A DNA stretch of 64,000 nt, taken from the NCBI GenBank assembly GCA_965208575.1, contig CBDBOV010000003.1, positions 608,001-672,000 of the forward strand, in the 5' to 3' direction. Made by a program: the position numbers and the translations under genes. This document shows positions 32,990 through 41,959 of the stretch, piece by piece (within the stretch, counting starts at the first letter, position 1; each line of letters begins with the position of its first letter). The notes under the pieces are model-generated. The model did no database searches. It worked only from the letters and a program-made list of their open reading frames with translations, and was not told the origin of the DNA. The stretch is from Spirochaetia bacterium. Lineage in GTDB: Bacteria; Spirochaetota; Spirochaetia; SZUA-6; Bin103.

Positions 32990-33958
32990 CTATGTGTTTA
33001 ACGCCGGGCTGTAGTACTCAGGTTTCGATCTTACTTCTTCAATAAATTCGGCCACTATCTTTTCGAAATCCGCATACACTGGCCGCCACTCCCATTCCTC
33101 ACGAGCCCGGCTATCATCGAAGTTATTGAGACTGCGGTAATAATCCATCACCCATGGGTCCGGCTTATAGGTAAATTGAGCCTCCGGAATGAACTTCTTT
33201 ATAGTCAGTTCTACCTCCCTGGCCGGTAGTGATGGGAACACCCCTACAACGTTATAGCAGACGGTCTCTATTTGCTCCTTGGGTGCATCATACAGCATTT
33301 GTGTGGCCCGCATGGCATCTTCATAGTACAGGACAGGAAGTTTGGTGTCTTCGCTGACAGGACACTCGGCCGGCCTGCCCAGGGCCGCACTTTGAATCAT
33401 CCAGGAAATATATTGCAGCTCCTTACTGATCCTGACACTGGGACCAAAGATGTTGGGGTATCGTATGCAGCGAAAGTCAAGGTCAAAGGTGTTCCGATAG
33501 TATCTGCCAATAAGCTCACCATATAGCTTCGTTACACCGTACGCGCTAGCAGGCCGTTGTAGTGTCTCATCGGTGATAGTTTCAGTAGGTATTCCCAGAC
33601 TATAGGTCATCATACTGCTGGTAAACACCACCCGCTTTACCCCGAACAGTCGCGCCGCCTCCAGGACATGCATTATTCCGGCGACATTCCCTTCACAAAC
33701 GATCCAGGGGCGTAGCGGGAAGCTAGGTATCGTGCCAAGGTGAAATACGCCTTCTACGTTGTTTTCCTTGACAACATTCAACACTTCAGGCCAGATCTTC
33801 TGGTCTCCCTGGACAACCTTTACGTTGTTCTTGATATCCGCGACGCTCTCTATTCGCGGAGCGATGTCAAACAATATGACGTCCTCGCCCCTCTCTACCA
33901 GTCTATGTGCCAGGCCAGTACCAACCCAACCTGTTCCGCCGGTAATAAGTATAGACAT
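32990..33958 (-). CDS. NAD-dependent epimerase/dehydratase (extended SDR, threonine-3-dehydrogenase-like), copy 1, low GC
   Basis: ILITGGTGWVG, YGVTK, DFRCIRYP; markedly AT-richer than its flanks. Confidence 0.88.
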   Translation of the reverse strand: MSILITGGTGWVGTGLAHRLVERGEDVILFDIAPRIESVADIKNNVKVVQGDQKIWPEVLNVVKENNVEGVFHLGTIPSFPLRPWIVCEGNVAGIMHVLEAARLFGVKRVVFTSSMMTYSLGIPTETITDETLQRPASAYGVTKLYGELIGRYYRNTFDLDFRCIRYPNIFGPSVRISKELQYISWMIQSAALGRPAECPVSEDTKLPVLYYEDAMRATQMLYDAPKEQIETVCYNVVGVFPSLPAREVELTIKKFIPEAQFTYKPDPWVMDYYRSLNNFDDSRAREEWEWRPVYADFEKIVAEFIEEVRSKPEYYSPALNT

Positions 33959-34041
33959 CCTTCTCTGCTTCCTTATGTGATCGTCCTCCATGTAAGGAAC
34001 AAATGTCAACCCCGCAGTACGCTTTTTCGAACGATTATGCG

Positions 34042-34119
34042 CAGCAGAAAGACGATCATGCTCAGGATCAGGAGCGTAGGGACGACCAGCAGCAACCCTC
34101 TGATGGCGTACGCTTTCAT
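34042..34119 (-). pseudogene. dppB-like 5' stub downstream of SBP copy A
   Basis: MKAYAIRGLLLVVPTLLILSMIVFLL matches the start of 59750-60706. Confidence 0.88.
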
Positions 34120-34159
34120 GGCAGATACCTGGCTGTGATCACGCGGCGTGCGGAGATGA

Positions 34160-34200
34160 GAGGGGAGCCGGGAAGCCTGCGCGAGGCTCCCGACTCCCTC
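34160..34200 (-). terminator. GC-rich stem-loop between SBP and dppB (mRNA stabiliser or attenuator)
   Basis: GGGAGCCGGGA...CCCGACTCCC; homologues at 52217-52270 and 60723-60764; no clear U tract. Confidence 0.55.
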
Positions 34201-34211
34201 ATATGGCGTAA

Positions 34212-35981
34212 CTAGCCGCCCATTTCCCTCTTCAGCGCCTGATCGATCCAGAGGCGGGCATAGACGGCGTTCTTGTTCCAGACCCCCATGTAGAAGTCAC
34301 CGTCGAAGCCCTGCAGCCACGGCTGGGTGACGTTGAACCATGGATTCAGGCCTCCCCACATGACGATGTGGTTCTTGACGAGCCAGAAGTCTGCCTCTCT
34401 GCCGAGCCGCTGATACTCCTCCGCGGTGGCAGCCACTCTCAGTTGCTCGATCAGTGCGTCGTACTCCGGGTCACTCAGTCCGGCGATGTTATTGTCGGCG
34501 CCGGATTCAGTGTGGGGCAGCATAATGAGCGGGCGATATGGGGTCCCCTGACTCCAGGTGCTGATGCCGTCATAGTCGCCCTTGCCACCCCCGGCGTTGG
34601 CCCGAATCGTAGGCCAGTCCATTTGCCGGATCTCAACCTCGACCCCGATCTCGGCAAGGTAGCCTTGGACGATCTCACGATGCCCGACACTGGTGGGGTT
34701 GGCGATGATGTCGCTGATCGTGAATCGGACGCCGTCGGCGCCGCGCGGATACCCGGCCTCGTCGAGGAGCTTCTCGGCAGCTTCCGGGTCGTACCGGTAG
34801 TACTGCCTGACCTCCTCGGGCCACTCCGCATACGGGATCGCAAATCCGGTGAACGGCTGTAACGAGCCCATGGGTTCGGGCCGCATCCAACCCTTGTAGT
34901 AGGTGTTGTTGATCGTTTCGAGGTCGACCGCCATCTGTATGGCGTGGCGCACGCGGATGTCGTCGAAGGGAGGCTTGGTCACGTTGAAGGCAGCGCTCTC
35001 CCCGGCCCGAAAATAGTACGCGTTCACCCTCAGCTCTGGGTTGGTCCGCTGCAGGCTGTCGATCGGGTCCACCGTAAAGAACTGACCGTGGCCGTTGTGC
35101 GCAAGGTAGTCGATCTGGCCGGTGCGCATGGCCGATACGCGCGTCGCCTGGTCTGGCATGATCAGTCTGACCAGCTCGTCGACGTAGGGCAGGCGGTTAT
35201 CGGGGTATTTCTCGTCGTGGCCCCAGTAGTCGGGGTTCTTGACCCAGGTGATGGAGCTGCCGTCGACCCAGTCCGTCAGCATGAAGGGACCGGTACCGAC
35301 CAGGTTCCGCCAGTCGGCGACGTCGCCGTGCTGCTCGATCGCCTCGGGGGCGTTTACGAACCCGATATTGTCGTCGATCAGCACCAACAGCGCATCAAGG
35401 GGTGGATCTACCAGCTTGACCTCGACCGTATATCTGTCGGTGGCGGTGACCGATTCCCATGACATCGCGGGGTATCGGGTGTTCTGGTCGCTGGTGCGCC
35501 AGCGCGCGATGTTGTACACCACGTCCTCGGCGGTCAGCTCGCGACCGTTCATCGGTGCCTTGTCATGCCAGCGAACGCCCTGGCGGATGTGGAAGATATA
35601 GGTCGTCGGATCGGGGATGTCCCAGCTTTCGGCCAGAGCCGGGGCAAATTGGTCTTCGAGCAGGAACTCGTTGGCGAGATTGTTCACGCTCCGGTCGATT
35701 CCCCAGTTCGCGATGCCGAGCTTCTCGACCACGCCGCTGGCTGCGGATCCCGCCCCTATGCCACCGATCATCGCGTCGGAATTCGGCGGCTCCCACGAGG
35801 CGCCGTAGGTCAGCGTCCCACCATACTCCGGCGCCGTGTACACCTTGCCGTTGGTGGGGTCGGTGACGTACCTCTTCTCGGCGGCGGCTGCCGCGCCGGC
35901 GCTGTCGCTCTCGCCGGCGGCGAACGAAACGGTGGCCGCCAGCGCGAACGCCAGTGCCATCGATACGAATCTGGAAACCAT
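34212..35981 (-). CDS. Family-5 (DppA/OppA/NikA-like) ABC substrate-binding protein, copy A, 589 aa
   Basis: GAGGAGG RBS, signal peptide, YGGTL, LAESWD, GTGPFML, PFDDIRVRHAI, YDPEAAEKLLDEAGY. Confidence 0.93.
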   Translation of the reverse strand: MVSRFVSMALAFALAATVSFAAGESDSAGAAAAAEKRYVTDPTNGKVYTAPEYGGTLTYGASWEPPNSDAMIGGIGAGSAASGVVEKLGIANWGIDRSVNNLANEFLLEDQFAPALAESWDIPDPTTYIFHIRQGVRWHDKAPMNGRELTAEDVVYNIARWRTSDQNTRYPAMSWESVTATDRYTVEVKLVDPPLDALLVLIDDNIGFVNAPEAIEQHGDVADWRNLVGTGPFMLTDWVDGSSITWVKNPDYWGHDEKYPDNRLPYVDELVRLIMPDQATRVSAMRTGQIDYLAHNGHGQFFTVDPIDSLQRTNPELRVNAYYFRAGESAAFNVTKPPFDDIRVRHAIQMAVDLETINNTYYKGWMRPEPMGSLQPFTGFAIPYAEWPEEVRQYYRYDPEAAEKLLDEAGYPRGADGVRFTISDIIANPTSVGHREIVQGYLAEIGVEVEIRQMDWPTIRANAGGGKGDYDGISTWSQGTPYRPLIMLPHTESGADNNIAGLSDPEYDALIEQLRVAATAEEYQRLGREADFWLVKNHIVMWGGLNPWFNVTQPWLQGFDGDFYMGVWNKNAVYARLWIDQALKREMGG

Positions 35982-36222
35982 GCTGGTTCCTCCTCTCGGG
36001 TCGCCATGCGGCGACCTGCTTGTGCGCTTGCTGCCGGCAACGCCGGCCGGTGTGGCTGGTGGATGGGGGAGATGAAAGAGATGCGGGTGGCTGGCCGAGG
36101 CAGTGAAACGGTGGATGTGCGGACGTATGGCCGCCGCCGCTACGCTGATCGACGGTGCCGCGGTCAGCACCACCCCGCGCGCTCGGTCGTCGCGTGCTTG
36201 GCTCGGGCAGTTAGCGGCGCGC

Positions 36223-36238
36223 GGTAGTCGGGTAGTCG
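36223..36238. repeat. (GGTAGTCG)x2 in the SBP-A leader
   Basis: Read directly; x7 in copy B, x3 in copy C, absent in copy D. Confidence 0.85.
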
Positions 36239-36278
36239 GCGGGTGGGCTGGGTCATGTCGTCACCCATTACCCGTGCC

Positions 36279-36307
36279 AGTATAGACGGCCCGCCCGGGT
36301 AGTGCAA
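36279..36307 (-). promoter_or_regulatory. Sigma70-type promoter of SBP copy A
   Basis: TTGCAC-N17-TATACT on the minus strand; inter-copy homology ends just beyond the -35. Confidence 0.75.
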
Positions 36308-36366
36308 TGACAGGCGTGTAGCCGCGAGCTTGATCGGTCGCATGCAGATTATTACAATAGAATACA

Positions 36367-36837
36367 GTGAAGATCGTCATGGATGCTGACTGCCTCATCA
36401 AGCTGACCAAGGCCGACTTGAAAGAACAGGTGTGCGCCGGGTGGAGCATTACGATTCCAGAGTTGGTGAGACGCGAAACGGTCGAGCGGGCTCCCCAGCT
36501 TCCCGACGCGGTACGCATCCGCGAGAACGTCGAGAAGAGGCGTATCGCGGTACGAGACGTTGCAGGCCCACAGGGTGACGGAGAAGATGCGGCACTGTTC
36601 CTGTTCCGGGAAGGCGGCTTCGACCTGATTGCGAGTGACGATGCGCGGTTCATCCGCCGACTGCGCGGACTTGGTGTGCCGTTCGCGGTCCCGGCGGTAA
36701 TCGCGGTGTTGCTCTGCCGTGACGGCGCGCTGACGGCAGATCAAGCGCGGGAGGCTCTCGAAGCCTTGCGTCCCCATATCAGCGCCGATCAGTATGCCGC
36801 TGCACAGCTCTTGGTTTCGGGAGGCGTGGTGAGGTGA
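36367..36837 (+). CDS. PIN-like domain protein, putative toxin
   Basis: IVMDADCLIKL, IPELVRRE, GEDAAL, IASDDARF acidic PIN pattern. Confidence 0.7.
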   Translation: MKIVMDADCLIKLTKADLKEQVCAGWSITIPELVRRETVERAPQLPDAVRIRENVEKRRIAVRDVAGPQGDGEDAALFLFREGGFDLIASDDARFIRRLRGLGVPFAVPAVIAVLLCRDGALTADQAREALEALRPHISADQYAAAQLLVSGGVVR

Positions 36838-37136
36838 TCACGAAATCGTTGCGGTTGTCGGACTCCCTGGTGAGCGCGGTACGGGAAATCGGACGTGCCG
36901 AACAGATCGAGGAATCGGCGGCGATGCGGAAGCTCCTGCACATGGGCTACGGGCTCTATCTGGCCGAGCAGTACCGGGCGGGACGACGCACGCTGCGTGA
37001 CGTGGCGGACCGCCTGGACCTGTCGCTGAGCGAGACGCTCGACACGCTGCAGCGTCTCGGCATCACCGGCAACACCGGCGCCGATGATACGCTCGCATCC
37101 TTCCGTTCCACGTCGAAGCCAACTGGCCGTCAGTGA
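36834..37136 (+). CDS. UPF0175-like putative antitoxin
   Basis: KSLRL...MRKLL...EQYRAGRRTLRDVADRLDLSL; GTGA-coupled to the PIN gene. Confidence 0.65.
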   Translation: MITKSLRLSDSLVSAVREIGRAEQIEESAAMRKLLHMGYGLYLAEQYRAGRRTLRDVADRLDLSLSETLDTLQRLGITGNTGADDTLASFRSTSKPTGRQ

Positions 37137-37144
37137 GGCACGTA

Positions 37145-37206
37145 GGCTACCTCGGCCCGTCCGAGTTGTCGGATTGGCGGGTTAGCGGCAGTTCCGACAG
37201 GACTCC
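37145..37206 (+). other. 28-bp relic of a fourth permease-FG-GAP copy fused to a ~40-bp mini IS-end element
   Basis: 37145-37172 matches 28496-28523; joins via TGTCGG to the element of 28651-28673 and ends in TCCGACAGGACTCC. Confidence 0.75.
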
Positions 37207-37274
37207 GTACGGTAGGCGGGGCTGGGCCGAAAGCGACGCCGAGAGGCGGCGGTTTCGGGGCCCTGACCCGAGGG

Positions 37275-37388
37275 CTAACCGGCGAGCAGACGCTGCATCA
37301 ACTCCGGCAGATTCAGGAATCGTGTACTGGTCCCGCCATAGTCGCGGACGTAGGATCTTTCGGTGTCGGCGGTCACGACGAAGTTGGC
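37275..37388 (-). pseudogene. C-terminal fragment of an AAA+/DUF4143-like ATP-binding protein
   Basis: Manual translation ANFVVTADTERSYVRDYGGTSTRFLNLPELMQRLLAG*; family assigned by recollection only. Confidence 0.35.
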
Positions 37389-37476
37389 ACTCATAGCGGA
37401 TTCTCGGATCGAGGAACCCATACGTCAGGTCGATGAGCACGTTCCCCACCACGACGAAGCTGCCAAACAGCAGGTT
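37388..37476 (-). pseudogene. dppB 3'-end relic, 89 bp
   Basis: Identical to 59751-59839. Confidence 0.92.
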
Positions 37477-37497
37477 CTTCCGGCCCAACCGGCCTGC

Positions 37498-37530
37498 CTA
37501 GGAACCTGTCGGAATCCGACAGCCTCCTAG
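37498..37530. mobile_element. Minimal 'ends-only' IS footprint with CTAG duplication (IS5-like)
   Basis: CTAG-GAACCTGTCGGA-A-TCCGACAGCCTC-CTAG. Confidence 0.6.
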
Positions 37531-37539
37531 CGTGAGTTT

Positions 37540-39609
37540 CCTAGTTATTTCGGGTGGCTGGTAGTTTGAGTGGATAAGTCATTTTAGGATAGCAAGTTAC
37601 TCGCTATCCTGTCGGACGGGGCTTGTATACACTGACCGTGGTGCTGTCAGGGATGGGCGTGTCGGTATACGTCAAGTAGGCGGCACAGTTTGTCTTGCAG
37701 GGACGACCGTTCAGAGAGCACGTATTGAGCCCGGTAGCGCCCTCTGGTGGCCGGCTCAGGCGCGGCGTAGAGGTTGACCACTTCGGTCACGCCGCTGAGT
37801 TCCGTCAGTAGTTGCTCGATGGTAAGGAGTTGTCCGCCGTCGGCCGCCTTGCGTTGCAGCAGCGAACTCAGCAGCAGTGCCAACACACAATAGAACACGT
37901 GTACGCGCAGCTTCTGATCGGTCCAGTGGAAGGTCGGCGAGAAGCTCACCCAGTGGGGATTCTTCATCTGCTTGAACGCCCGCTCCACGTGATGTTGAGC
38001 GCGGCTGGCCAAGATGATCTCCTGGTCGCTCCACGACTCGTTGTCGGTGCACAGGATGCGTTTGCCCAAGCGCCGGCGTTGCAAGCGCTGGTACGCTGCC
38101 CAATCGGTGCGAAATCGAAAACTGAGCACGCCGTCGGATTCGCTGATCTGAACCTTGAGAATCTGCTTTACGTACTGACCCGAGGTGATCGTGTCGAAAT
38201 GCTTCTGCAAGGATGCTCTGCTGTAGCCTTTGCCCTTTGCTCCCGGTAGCTGGCTGCGCGCCAGCTTGCTGCGCAAGGCGCGCAACGCAGCGCGCTTCTT
38301 GCGCAACGCGTGGTTGATCCCAGCCAGCTGCCCGTCCAGCAACCGGCGACTGTTGGTGACCACCACGGTGCGGCGCTCACCCCAGATCACCTTGTCGCTG
38401 CGGTAAGCGGTCACCCCGGCCAGCCGTGGGTCAGTGAAGGAGTGAAACCTGCCGGCGGGAACCGCCAGCAGATCCTCGTGCTGAGTCACGGTCAAGGAGG
38501 TGACGAAATGGTATGGGCCGGCTTGCAGCGCCTCGATATTCGCTCTCGAGGTGTTGCCGCCATCGAACACCAGCGTGACATCTTCGCAGTCCTGGGCCAA
38601 CTGCTTGCAGCGGCTGATCAGCGTCTCGATCAAGCTCGAGAACATCGCGGCGTCATTCTGATTTCCCGGATACGGGTGTGAGAGCAGCGGAATGTGGTAG
38701 TCGCAGCTTACCAGGAGTGCCAAGCCCAGGATCCGCAGATCGGCGCGTTTGCTTTTCGCGTGGCCACGTTGTGCCAGTGCACTGACGGTGCGACTGTCGA
38801 TGAACGTATCGAAGTTGGTCGCATCGAAGATGAGCGGTCGCAGATCGATCCGGTAGTGGTCGATCACCCGCTGCGCCAGTTGTTGCTCAATCGCGCCGAT
38901 GGCAGCGCTGTCGAGCATGTTCATGTGATCCCAGAATCGCTGACTGGCGAGCGAGCGCTGTGCAGCGGGGAGCAGCCGATTCAACACCGTGCGTCGATAC
39001 CACTGGTACAGAGAAGCCTTGCTGGAGGCGGCCACACAACGGTTCAGCGCCGCCACCAGCAGATACTGTCCGCAGGACAGTCCTTGGTCTCGCTTGGGGA
39101 CCTGGGTATCGATAAGGCCCACCACATCCAACTCTTGGGCGATCTGCCAGAGCGCGGCCAACGCACCGAACTGAATGACCTTCGCCTTTGCCGGTCGGGT
39201 GGGAGCCTCACGGAGGCGCTGGAGCAACTTCTCTGCGCTGCCGAGATGTTCGAGGACGATGGGACGTGGTTTGCCGTTGACGCGTCTGGACTCGACGATC
39301 TGCCAGTAGGTGTGCCCGCGGGAGACCTTTTTCTGGAGGGTGGCCACTGCAATCAGTGTATACACTTAGTACGGAGACAGTCAAGGAGAACCGGCATGAG
39401 TGGGTCGGAAGGATCGAAGAGGGGATACTTCGAGTAGTATTGAGGAAGCTGTCCGGCACGGCGCTCGATATATTCAGTGTATACACTGATCCTCTCAAGA
39501 GGAGAGTCCACTTCCGTGAACCTATCTTGTTTCATGGTAACAACTTATCTGGATGAACCAGAGAATCCCGCGGTCAAATCAACGGGATAAGTAGGAAGGT
39601 CAGGCTAGG
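37540..39609 (-). mobile_element. IS1634-family insertion sequence; ends approximate
   Basis: Transposase ORF bounded by CCTAG...CTAGG; the right end abuts TCACGATTGAC, which continues the SBP 3' flank as in copy C; no direct repeat seen. Confidence 0.7.
37647..39365 (-). CDS. IS1634-family DDE transposase
   Basis: YWQIVESRRVNGKPR, FDATNF, GHAKSKRADL, LVFDGG, VERAFKQMK, FHWTDQKLRVHVFYCVLAL. Start may be GTG 39347. Confidence 0.9.
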   Translation of the reverse strand: MYTLIAVATLQKKVSRGHTYWQIVESRRVNGKPRPIVLEHLGSAEKLLQRLREAPTRPAKAKVIQFGALAALWQIAQELDVVGLIDTQVPKRDQGLSCGQYLLVAALNRCVAASSKASLYQWYRRTVLNRLLPAAQRSLASQRFWDHMNMLDSAAIGAIEQQLAQRVIDHYRIDLRPLIFDATNFDTFIDSRTVSALAQRGHAKSKRADLRILGLALLVSCDYHIPLLSHPYPGNQNDAAMFSSLIETLISRCKQLAQDCEDVTLVFDGGNTSRANIEALQAGPYHFVTSLTVTQHEDLLAVPAGRFHSFTDPRLAGVTAYRSDKVIWGERRTVVVTNSRRLLDGQLAGINHALRKKRAALRALRSKLARSQLPGAKGKGYSRASLQKHFDTITSGQYVKQILKVQISESDGVLSFRFRTDWAAYQRLQRRRLGKRILCTDNESWSDQEIILASRAQHHVERAFKQMKNPHWVSFSPTFHWTDQKLRVHVFYCVLALLLSSLLQRKAADGGQLLTIEQLLTELSGVTEVVNLYAAPEPATRGRYRAQYVLSERSSLQDKLCRLLDVYRHAHP

Positions 39610-39634
39610 TCACGATTGACTAGCGATACCTGAG

Positions 39635-41404
39635 CTAGCCGCCCATTTCCCTCTTTAGCGCCTGATCGATCCAGAGGCGGGCATAGACGGCGTTCTTGTT
39701 CCGGGTCCCCATGTAGAAGTCACCGTCGAAACCCTGCAGCCACGGCTGGGTGACGTTGAACCATGGATTCAGGCCTCCCCACATGAAGATGTGGTTCTTG
39801 ACGAGCCAGAAATCTGCCTCTCTCGCGAGCCGCTGATACTCCTCCGCGGTGGCAGCCACTTTCAGTGCCTCGAACAGCGCGTCGTACTCCGGGTCACTGA
39901 GTCCTGGGGCGTTGTTCGGGTGGCCCGACGACGTGGCGTTCAGAATTACCAGAGGGCGATACGGGACGCCCTGACCCCAGGTGGTGATGCCGTCATACTC
40001 GCCCTTGCCACCCTTGAAGTTGGCGCTCATCGTAGACCAGTCCTGTTGCCGGATCTCGACCTGGACCCCGATCTTGGCAAGGTAGCCCTGGACGATCTCA
40101 TGATGCCCGATGCTCTGGGGGTTGCTAAAGATGTCGCTGATCGTGAATCGGATGCCGTCGGCGCCGCGCGGATACCCGGCCTCGTCGAGGAGCTTCTCGG
40201 CAGCTTCCGGGTCGTACCGGTAGTACTGCCTGACCTCCTCGGGCCACTCAGCAAACGGAATCGCAAATCCGGTGGCGGGCTGTTGCGTCCCCATGGGTTC
40301 GGGCCGCATCCAACCCTTGTAGTAGGTAGTGTTGATGGATTCGAGGTCGACCGCCATCTGTATTGCGTGGCGCACGCGGATGTCGTCGAAGGGTGGCTTG
40401 GTCACGTTGAAGGCAGCGCTCTCCCCCGCCCGAAAATAGTACGCGTTCACCCTCAGCTCGGGGTTGCTCCGCTGCAGGCTGTCGATCGGGTCCACCGTCT
40501 GAAAGTATCCGTCGCTGTTGTGACCAAGGTAGTCGATCTGGCCAGTACGCATGGCCGAGATGCGTGTCGCTTGGTCAGGCATGATCAGTCTGACCAGCTC
40601 GTCGATGTAGGGCAGGCGGTTCTCGGGGTACTTCTCGTCGTGGCCCCAGTAGTCGGGATTCTTGACCCAGGTGATGGCGCTGCCGTCGACCCAGTCCGTC
40701 AACATGAAGGGACCGGTACCGACCAGGTTCCTCCAGTCGGCGACGTCGCCGTGCTGCTCGATCACCTCAGGGGCGTTTACGAACCCCAAACCGTCCTCGA
40801 TCAGCACCAACAGCGCATCGAGGGGTGGATCGACCAGCTTGACCTCGACCGTGTATCTGTCGGTGGCGGTGACCGATTCCCATGTCATCGCGGGGTATCG
40901 GGTGTTCTTGTCGCTGGTGCGCCAGCGCGCGATGTTGTACACCACGTCCTCGGCCGTGAGCTCGCGGCCGTTCATCGGTGCCTTGTTGTGCCAGCGAACG
41001 CCCTGACGGATGTGGAAGATATAGGTCGTCGGATTGGGGATGTCCCAGCTTTCGGCCAGAGCCCCGGTAAAGTGGTCGGCGAGCAGGATTTCGTTCGCGA
41101 GGTCGTTCACGCTCCGATCTATGCCCCAGTTGGCGATGCCGAGCTTCTCGACCACGCCGCTGGCGGCAGCTCCTGCGGTGATACCACCGACAATCGCGTC
41201 GGAGTTCGGAGGCTCCGAACTGGAGCCGTAGGTCAACGTCCCACCATACTCCGGCGCCGTGTACACCTTGCCGTTGGTGGGGTCGGTGACGTACTTCTTG
41301 TCGGCGGCGGCTGCCGCGCCGGCGCTGTCGCTTTCGCCGGCGGCGAACGAAACGGTGGCCGCCAGCGCGAACGCCAGTGCCATCGATACGAATCTGGAAA
41401 CCAT
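39635..41404 (-). CDS. Family-5 ABC substrate-binding protein, copy B, 589 aa
   Basis: Colinear paralogue of copy A with the same RBS and no indels. Confidence 0.93.
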   Translation of the reverse strand: MVSRFVSMALAFALAATVSFAAGESDSAGAAAAADKKYVTDPTNGKVYTAPEYGGTLTYGSSSEPPNSDAIVGGITAGAAASGVVEKLGIANWGIDRSVNDLANEILLADHFTGALAESWDIPNPTTYIFHIRQGVRWHNKAPMNGRELTAEDVVYNIARWRTSDKNTRYPAMTWESVTATDRYTVEVKLVDPPLDALLVLIEDGLGFVNAPEVIEQHGDVADWRNLVGTGPFMLTDWVDGSAITWVKNPDYWGHDEKYPENRLPYIDELVRLIMPDQATRISAMRTGQIDYLGHNSDGYFQTVDPIDSLQRSNPELRVNAYYFRAGESAAFNVTKPPFDDIRVRHAIQMAVDLESINTTYYKGWMRPEPMGTQQPATGFAIPFAEWPEEVRQYYRYDPEAAEKLLDEAGYPRGADGIRFTISDIFSNPQSIGHHEIVQGYLAKIGVQVEIRQQDWSTMSANFKGGKGEYDGITTWGQGVPYRPLVILNATSSGHPNNAPGLSDPEYDALFEALKVAATAEEYQRLAREADFWLVKNHIFMWGGLNPWFNVTQPWLQGFDGDFYMGTRNKNAVYARLWIDQALKREMGG

Positions 41405-41655
41405 AGTGGTTCCTCCTCTCGGGTCACCATGGGGCGACCCACTTGTGCGCTTGTTGCCGGCAACGCCGGCCGGTGTGGCGGGTGGATTGGGGAGATGAAA
41501 GAGATGCGGGTCGCTGGCCGAGGCAGTGGAACGGTGGATGCGCGGACCTGTGGCCGCCGCCGCTCGGCGGATCGATGGTACCGCGGTCAACACCGCGCCG
41601 CGCACTCGGCCGTCGCGTGGTTGGCTCGGGCAGTTAGTTATAGTTAGCGGCGCGC

Positions 41656-41711
41656 GGTAGTCGGGTAGTCGGGTAGTCGGGTAGTCGGGTAGTCGGGTAG
41701 TCGGGTAGTCG
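41656..41711. repeat. (GGTAGTCG)x7 VNTR in the SBP-B leader
   Basis: Seven perfect 8-bp units. Confidence 0.95.
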
Positions 41712-41743
41712 AGCGTACCATGTCGTTACCCATTACCCGTGCC

Positions 41744-41772
41744 AGTATAGACGGCCCGCCCGGGTAGTGCAA
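41744..41772 (-). promoter_or_regulatory. Sigma70-type promoter of SBP copy B
   Basis: TTGCAC-N17-TATACT. Confidence 0.75.
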
Positions 41773-41959
41773 GGACAATCGCATCTACCGCCATCCACCG
41801 CCCCGTCGCCTGGGCTTCCGGAGCCATGTGGGCGACGACGTTGCCGTGGCTGGCGCCGGAGAAGCGCGTCGGTGATGAGGGCGACGCCGGCGATCATGCC
41901 GCTGGACCGCTCGGACCGCTCCGTTGCCCCGCCGGGTTCCGTGCTATTATGCCGCTGTG

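Noticed and set aside
35982-36270. Known riboswitch, or a 64-100 aa N-terminal extension of the SBPs
   Set aside because: No aptamer consensus recognised; the strong GAGGAGG RBS and signal peptide mark MVSRF as the start, and the leaders have indels.
41656-41711. CRISPR array
   Set aside because: Contiguous 8-bp units with no spacers, and no cas genes.
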